Assembly: GCA_043228905.1 (NCBI GenBank)
Contig: JBHGNT010000004.1
Span: forward strand, 3,286,001 to 3,350,000
Source: Azolla caroliniana
Lineage: Eukaryota > Plantae > Polypodiophyta
Direction: 5' to 3'
DNA length: 64,000 bases
Notes under the pieces: generated by a model
Seen by the model: the letters and a program-made list of their open reading frames with translations, nothing else
Database searches by the model: none
Told to the model about the DNA's origin: nothing
In this document: piece by piece, positions 58,601 to 64,000 of the stretch
Position numbering within the stretch: the stretch's first letter is position 1
Layout: each line of letters begins with the position of its first letter
Translations under genes and position numbers: made by a program

Positions 58601-60890
58601 TAGAGGAAGTTGAAACCAGAACCGGCCAAGACCCCGAATCGGATTCGGATGAAGAGCAGATGGATGAGCCGGTCACCGAAGCCCAGAGACGGAGATATCC
58701 TCTCAAAGAGAGAAAGGCCCCCCGGAGATTTCCGGATGCAGATCATGTTCTGCTGACCGATGAGGGGGAGCCGGAAAGCTTCGAAGAAGCGAAGGAAGAC
58801 ACCCACAGCCGAAAATGGTTAAGTGCCATGCAGGATGAGATGGATTCCTTGCATGAGAACCATACGTACGAATTGGTGGAGTTGTCGAAAGGAAAGCGGG
58901 CACTCCGAAACAAGTGGGTGTACAAGTTGAAACCGGGAGATGCCAGCAACCCCTCGAGATACAAAGCCAGGATCGTGGTGAAGGGGTTCCAGCAGAAAAA
59001 GGGCGTGGACTTCGACGAGATATTTGCCCCGGTAGTAAAGATGACCTCCATCCGGACGGTGCTGAAGAAGAGCCTGTACGGACTAAAGCAGGCTCCCCGA
59101 CAATGGTACCGGAAGTTCGATTCCTTCATGACCGATCAAGGGTACCACAAGACGCAGGCTGATCACTTCCTGATACTCCTTCTGTACGTGGATGACATGT
59201 TGATCCTCGGACGGGACCAAGTCAAAATACGGACGCTGAAGAAGGCCCTCAACCGAACCTTCTCAATGAAAGACTTGGGCCCGGCAAGACAGATGTTGGG
59301 GATGCACATCATTCGGGACCGGTCAAAGAAGCAATTATGGCTGTCACAGGAGAAGTATGTGACAAAGGTGCTTCACCGGTTCAACATGTCCGACAAACTG
59401 TAGGCTATCGGGTAAGTAGAGCCCGAAGACGAAAGCAGAGAAGGCGGATATGATGAAGATTCCATATGCCTCTACCGTCGGGAGCTTGATGTATGCAATG
59501 GTGTGTACCCGACCGGATATAGGATACGCAGTCAAAGTGGTGAGCCGGTTCATGAGCAATCCCGGCAAGGAGCACTAGAACACGGTCAAATGGATACTCC
59601 GGTATTTGAAGGGCACTTCAAATATGTGTCTCCGATTCGGCTCCGGAAAACCTCAACTGGACGGTTTCACCGATTCGAACATGTCGGTTGATGTGGATAC
59701 CGGCCGGTCTACATCCGGATATGTAATGACATATGCAGGGGGAGCTGTTTCGTGGTAGTCGAGGCTGCAGAAGACGGTTGCATTGTCAACCACGGAGGCG
59801 GAGTACATGGCGGCTGTGGAAGCCGGCAAGGGAATATTATGGATGAAGGACTTCATCGGAGAGCTCGGTATCCGGCAAGATGAATACCGACTCTATTGCG
59901 ACATTCAAAGTGCCATCCACCTTGCTAAGAATGCGGCCTACCATTCCCGGACGAAGCATATCCAGCGAAGGTATCACTAGATCCGGGAGAGAGTAGATGA
60001 TCAGGAGTTCGCACTGACGAAGATCCACACGGCCGAGAACGGGTCAGATATGCTGACCAAAGTGCTGACACCCGATAAGCTGAACGCATGCTGGAAGAGG
60101 ATCGGACTGGTAAGACACCCCATGCCGGAGTGAAGAGGGAGTTTGTTGGGAGATAGGTCCCTCCGGATGGGAAGGGAGAAGAACAGTGCTGATGAACAAG
60201 CTCGGCCGAAACCGTATGAGTACCCGGCTACGGAGAGCCGGATGGTGCAGACCCAGTATGAACCGGATGAGGAGTACCCGGCTACGGAGAGCCGGATGGT
60301 GCAGACCCGGTATGAACCGGATGAGGAGTACCCGGCTACGGAGAGCCGGATGGTGCAGACCCGGTATGAACCAGATGAGGAGTACCCGGCTACGGAGAGC
60401 CAGATGGTGCAGACCCGGTATGAACCAGATGAGGAGACATATTGGTAAATATGTTTCTGAGAGTCCATCGAGGATATATTTGTAAATAGCCGAAAAGTCA
60501 TATTAGTATAAATATGACTTAGGGCAAACTTTTTTGTAACTGTTGTTAGTTGTTATTTCTTGTCTGTGTGAGATGAGAGCGCGTAACTGTGTACAGAGAG
60601 AGAGAGAGAGAGAAAGAGGTCGTTGCCTCTGTTGTAACCGCCGCCTGTGGCGAAGATCTGTGAGCACGAGGTCGTTGCCTCAGTGAACTCACTGTTGTAC
60701 ATTCTTACATAGTGACAGTTTGCAGCCTGTGGGCTGCCGTGGTTTTTCCCCTAGTTTGGGGTTTTCCACGTAAACCTCCTATGTATCTTCCTCTTCTTTG
60801 TGTCATGTTTTATTTCCCGTTTTTTCTATGTATCATTCTAAACTCGGTTGTGGCCGAGCGTTGTGCATAAGGAGCGTTGAGTTCCTGTCA
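55657..60890 (+). mobile_element. Degenerate Ty1/copia element F nested in gag of D
   Basis: 5' LTR 55657-56263 (outer end deleted), PBS TGGTATCAGAGC 56266-56277, gag-pol from 56293 with stops and internal deletions, PPT gaagagggag, 3' LTR 60144-60890. Confidence 0.93.
60218..60436 (+). repeat. 54-bp tandem repeat, 4 copies in the 3' LTR of F (2 copies in its 5' LTR, ~55717-55826)
   Basis: Unit gagtacccggctacggagagccggatggtgcagacccggtatgaaccggatgag. Confidence 0.9.
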
Positions 60891-61824
60891 GCTGATTGTG
60901 CATCCGTTGAAACCGGATGACAAACTGCGGAATGCTCTCCCCGGGGTCCTGCCAGATGGTATAAAATAAGCCCACCATTTCTCTCTTGTCCACCTCCTTC
61001 TGAAAGAAGTGCAAGAATTTGTCTTTCAGGTCCGCAAAGGTGGTGTTGGTGCTGGGGTCCTGCGTCCGGTGCCATCTGGCGGTCGGTCCTGCTAGTGTCA
61101 CGCCGAATTCGGCTATCTTAGATCGTTCCTCTTCGGTTGCGGTTAACCATTGTGACACATGGTTCGCCTCCCACGTTTGTTGAAACACGTGAACATGAGC
61201 CTCCGCGTCCGGGTCATCCCTATACTTGGAGTACTGGAATGGCATGTCGTCATCTGGTGTCGGTACGCGGGCTGGCGGTGTTGGTGGTCTTTCCTTTTGT
61301 TCCGTCAGCGTCGGAGATCTTTGTCGGTCTTCCCTTGGTGTTGCCGGCTCAACTTCCGGTGTCGGAGGTCTTTCTTTGTCTTCTTCCGTCTCCGGAGGTT
61401 GCTCCACGTCTAGTGTCGGGGGTTCCCCATCTGGTAACTCTAGTTCCGGTATCGGTACTGTATCTGACTCCTCGTCCTCCGGTCCTCCTGGGGTGTTGTT
61501 ACTGCTGTGATAGTTCGTGTGCGCGATGTAAACCCCTTCCAAATCCGATTCTAGCGCTGAAAATGCTTCGGATTCGCCGTCTCTTCCAGCCAAGGCCTGG
61601 AGAAGGGATTCCGCTTCCCGGAGACTTCTTAAGCTGCTTCCTTCGCCTGGGTAGGCGTTTTGTTGCAGACGGAGCGACTCCTCCGCCATTTTCCGGATCA
61701 ATTTGGAAAATGATCGATCCGATCGGATTTCTTCCGCTGCTTGCTGGAAAGCCTTTCGCCGTCTTCGTCGTTCCACAAGTCTTCGTGCTCTCTCCATAGC
61801 CAGGTCGTTTGTTGGCCTAGTCAT
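60891..61824 (-). pseudogene. gag 5' part of element D
   Basis: ORF 60838-61824 with a Pro/Glu-rich N-terminus, then PFQYSKYRDDPDAEAHV..F..TL.G..ARW..F..LK..FL..F..Q..GESI..F..RF (retrotransposon capsid pattern). Confidence 0.85.
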
Positions 61825-61861
61825 CCATTCCCGCCGTTGTTCACTGCGATTGTGGAGGAAT

Positions 61862-61872
61862 CGTGGTCGCCA
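61862..61872 (-). promoter_or_regulatory. Primer-binding site of element D (TGGCGACCACG, tRNA-Arg-like)
   Basis: Lies 7 nt (tagtttt) downstream of the 5' LTR on the coding strand, just upstream of gag. Confidence 0.7.
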
Positions 61873-62340
61873 AAAACTATGTTAATCCTAGGGCCGGACA
61901 ACAGCCTAACACAGGGTGTCCACTTAAGACACTTCACCAAAGGGTGTTACAGCAAGATGACTTACGGCACAACACTTAATTAGACCTTAATCGGTTACTT
62001 AACAACACATCATTAACATGCGTAAGATATAACAATGAGTACAAAACGGTAATCAATACTGAAAAGATTAAGGCAATAAGTTCTATTAATTATCCGTTGT
62101 CGATTACATTGTAACCGGGCCTTTATATAGGTCTCCGGTGCGAAGTACAAAACGGTACCAACCGGCACATTTTCGGGATCGGTCCGGATCCGGATCGGCA
62201 TACCGATTCCGGTCCATCCGTCCTCATCTTCTCATATATTAATATATATTAAGATTACTAATTACAACAGTTCCCGAATAAACTATTCCTTTCACACTCT
62301 GGTTTGGACCTCCTTAAGCCTTCTTGCCAGTCGGGTAACA

Positions 62341-63270
62341 CATCACGGCAGGAAGCGAAACGCAACAAGAAGGATCGGCGAAGCTCGATGTCGAAGCCTT
62401 GTTCCGGGAAGCGTTCGAGGCTCTGAAGGCAATGGTTGAAGAAGAAGAGAGATCCGACATGTAGACGGATTCCGAAGACTCAGAGCAAGTCGGCCTTCCG
62501 GACAAGGCGGACATGGCCCAGGCAGAGACCGAGGAATGGTACGACGGTACCATGGGAGAGGATGTGGAGCGAGAAGCCCTCTCGACTTGCGGAGAAAGAC
62601 CGGCGAAGGTGGAGGTCGGGAGAGGAGAAGTGCCCTCCACACCGATTTCGAAGACTTTGGCAGTCGAGCCCGTTTGCCAGCATAAGACCGGAGATATTGA
62701 AGGCACCAGCGAGAAGTCATAGCACGATTCCAGCGAAGAAGGATGCGAAACGGCCTACGAGGAGGTCAAGGATGGAGCCGCAGCAGAGAGGAAAGGGGAA
62801 ATAAGAGCCGGTACCGAAGGGAGCGGAATTGGAAGTCGACCCAACCCGAGATCAAATTGGTCGGCGTTCCGATTCCGATGGAGCACAATCCGGATGTGGA
62901 TCGTTCGACAAGAGCATGGTTCGGTATGAAGGTGTCGATACGGGAGAGGGTTTAGGGGAGCCACCCTCTTTTACATGGGGAGAAAGACTGACCGGGAGAA
63001 GGTCAGGAATCAGGAAGAAGATGATCGAGAGTACAGAACGAGTTCGGCGGGATCGGCATTAGAGCCGAAACTCCAGACATTGGAGAATCAAGCCCAGGCG
63101 GGGCTTGATCGATCATAGAGCAGATGCTTTCCACCGACACCACTAAAAGGGTCGGTGGCTTGGGAGAAGTCATCGGGAGTCGTTACAAAATCGGTATCCC
63201 CACATCTTGACCGAAAACTTTGGCAGTTTGGTTGGCGTGGCAATGTGAGACCGAAAGAGAAGGTAGGGGT
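62341..63270 (+). mobile_element. Continuation of the non-autonomous gypsy derivative split by D
   Basis: Colinear with 6493-7400. Confidence 0.82.
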
Positions 63271-63620
63271 GAAAGCATGCGAGTGGAAACAATTAGCTAT
63301 GTCCTTGACATAGCTAATTAGCTATGCAAAAAGCTACCATTGATAAATAGTCATTTTAGTAAAAAGCCATCATTAATAAATTAAGTATGCAAAAAACTAC
63401 CATTGAAAATACTAGAGTGTTTTAATTACATATGTAAATGAGTGCCATAAATGTGCAACATAAATTGATGTGTGCACCATAAATGTGTACCATAAATTAT
63501 ATATCGAATTCCTAGGTCCATTATGCATGATCCTTTGCCACATCACGTAGGCCATCTCTAGTTGAGTACTGTGGGTTAGTTGCTACCACTGTTGCTAAAC
63601 CCTATCGAGTCCACCTGCCG

Positions 63621-63989
63621 CCACTCTACACTGAGGGGCCGCTATTGTGCGTTCCAAGCATCATCAAAGAGCTACTCAATCTGACGGGGTTCTCTTCTCT
63701 GTGACACTCTACACTCAGGGGCCACTACTGTGCATTCCAAGCATCATCAAAGAGCTGTTCAATCTGACGGTTCTCTGTGCCACTCTACACTCATGGGCCG
63801 CTACTGTGCGTTCCAAGCATCATCAAAGAGCTGTTCAATCGGACTGGGTTCTCTTCTCTGTGCCACTCTACACTCAGGGGCCGCTACTGTGCATTCCAAG
63901 CATCATCAAAGAGCTGTTCAATCTGACGGGGTTCTCTTCTCTGTGCCACTCTACACTCAGGGGCCGCTACTGTGCGTTCCAAGCATCAT
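63621..63989. repeat. 83-bp tandem repeat, about 4.5 copies
   Basis: Units begin at 63621, 63704, 63780, 63863 and 63946 (ccactctacactcaggggccgctactgtgcgttccaagcatcatcaaagagctgttcaatctgacggggttctcttctctgtg). One unit is 7 bp shorter. Confidence 0.9.
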
Positions 63990-64000
63990 TGGTAACTGTT

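Larger units (their letters stand above)
30285..62340 (-). mobile_element. Large Ty3/gypsy element D (non-chromovirus type, extra 3' ORF) hosting four nested insertions
   Basis: LTRs 61880-62340 (5') and 30285-30425 plus 37595-37913 (3', split), about 5% diverged by eye. TSD CATCA at 30280-30284 and 62341-62345. TATATAAA, gag, pol and the extra ORF all lie on the minus strand. Confidence 0.92.

Noticed and set aside
59060-59075. 144-bp in-frame deletion in RT of F as a spliced-out intron
   Set aside because: The junction fits 'tga' microhomology and not exact GT-AG removal.
63621-63989. 83-bp repeats as CRISPR or RNA genes
   Set aside because: Head-to-tail units with no unique spacers and no tRNA/5S features.

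Overview
Eukaryotic (plant, probably non-seed-plant; inference) heterochromatin-like window made almost entirely of nested transposable elements, with no intact host gene, rRNA, tRNA or CRISPR. Two LTR retrotransposons look intact and very young: a Ty1/copia (22687-28136, minus, identical 289-bp LTRs, TSD CCCGT) and a tRNA-Trp-primed Ty3/gypsy (30426-37590, 717-bp LTRs differing at one base, 4-bp TSD ACGC, predicted -1 frameshift between Gag-PR and Pol). An older gypsy element (D) spans 30285-62340 (TSD CATCA) and hosts four nested insertions. Two observations stand out. (1) A bacterial-type beta-class N4-C/N6-A DNA methyltransferase gene with spliceosomal introns and an upstream ParB-like region occurs as a pseudogene at ~170-3940. 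A second diverged 3' fragment, with the same intron, lies inside a 3.5-kb TIR DNA transposon (50665-54175; 37-bp TIRs, 4-bp TSD) that also holds an array of long palindromes, which suggests a methyltransferase-carrying DNA transposon family. (2) Element D has no polypurine tract. Both LTRs are instead flanked internally by inward-facing tRNA-complementary sites, which suggests tRNA priming of both cDNA strands. All alignments were done by eye and family assignments come from remembered motifs, not database searches.
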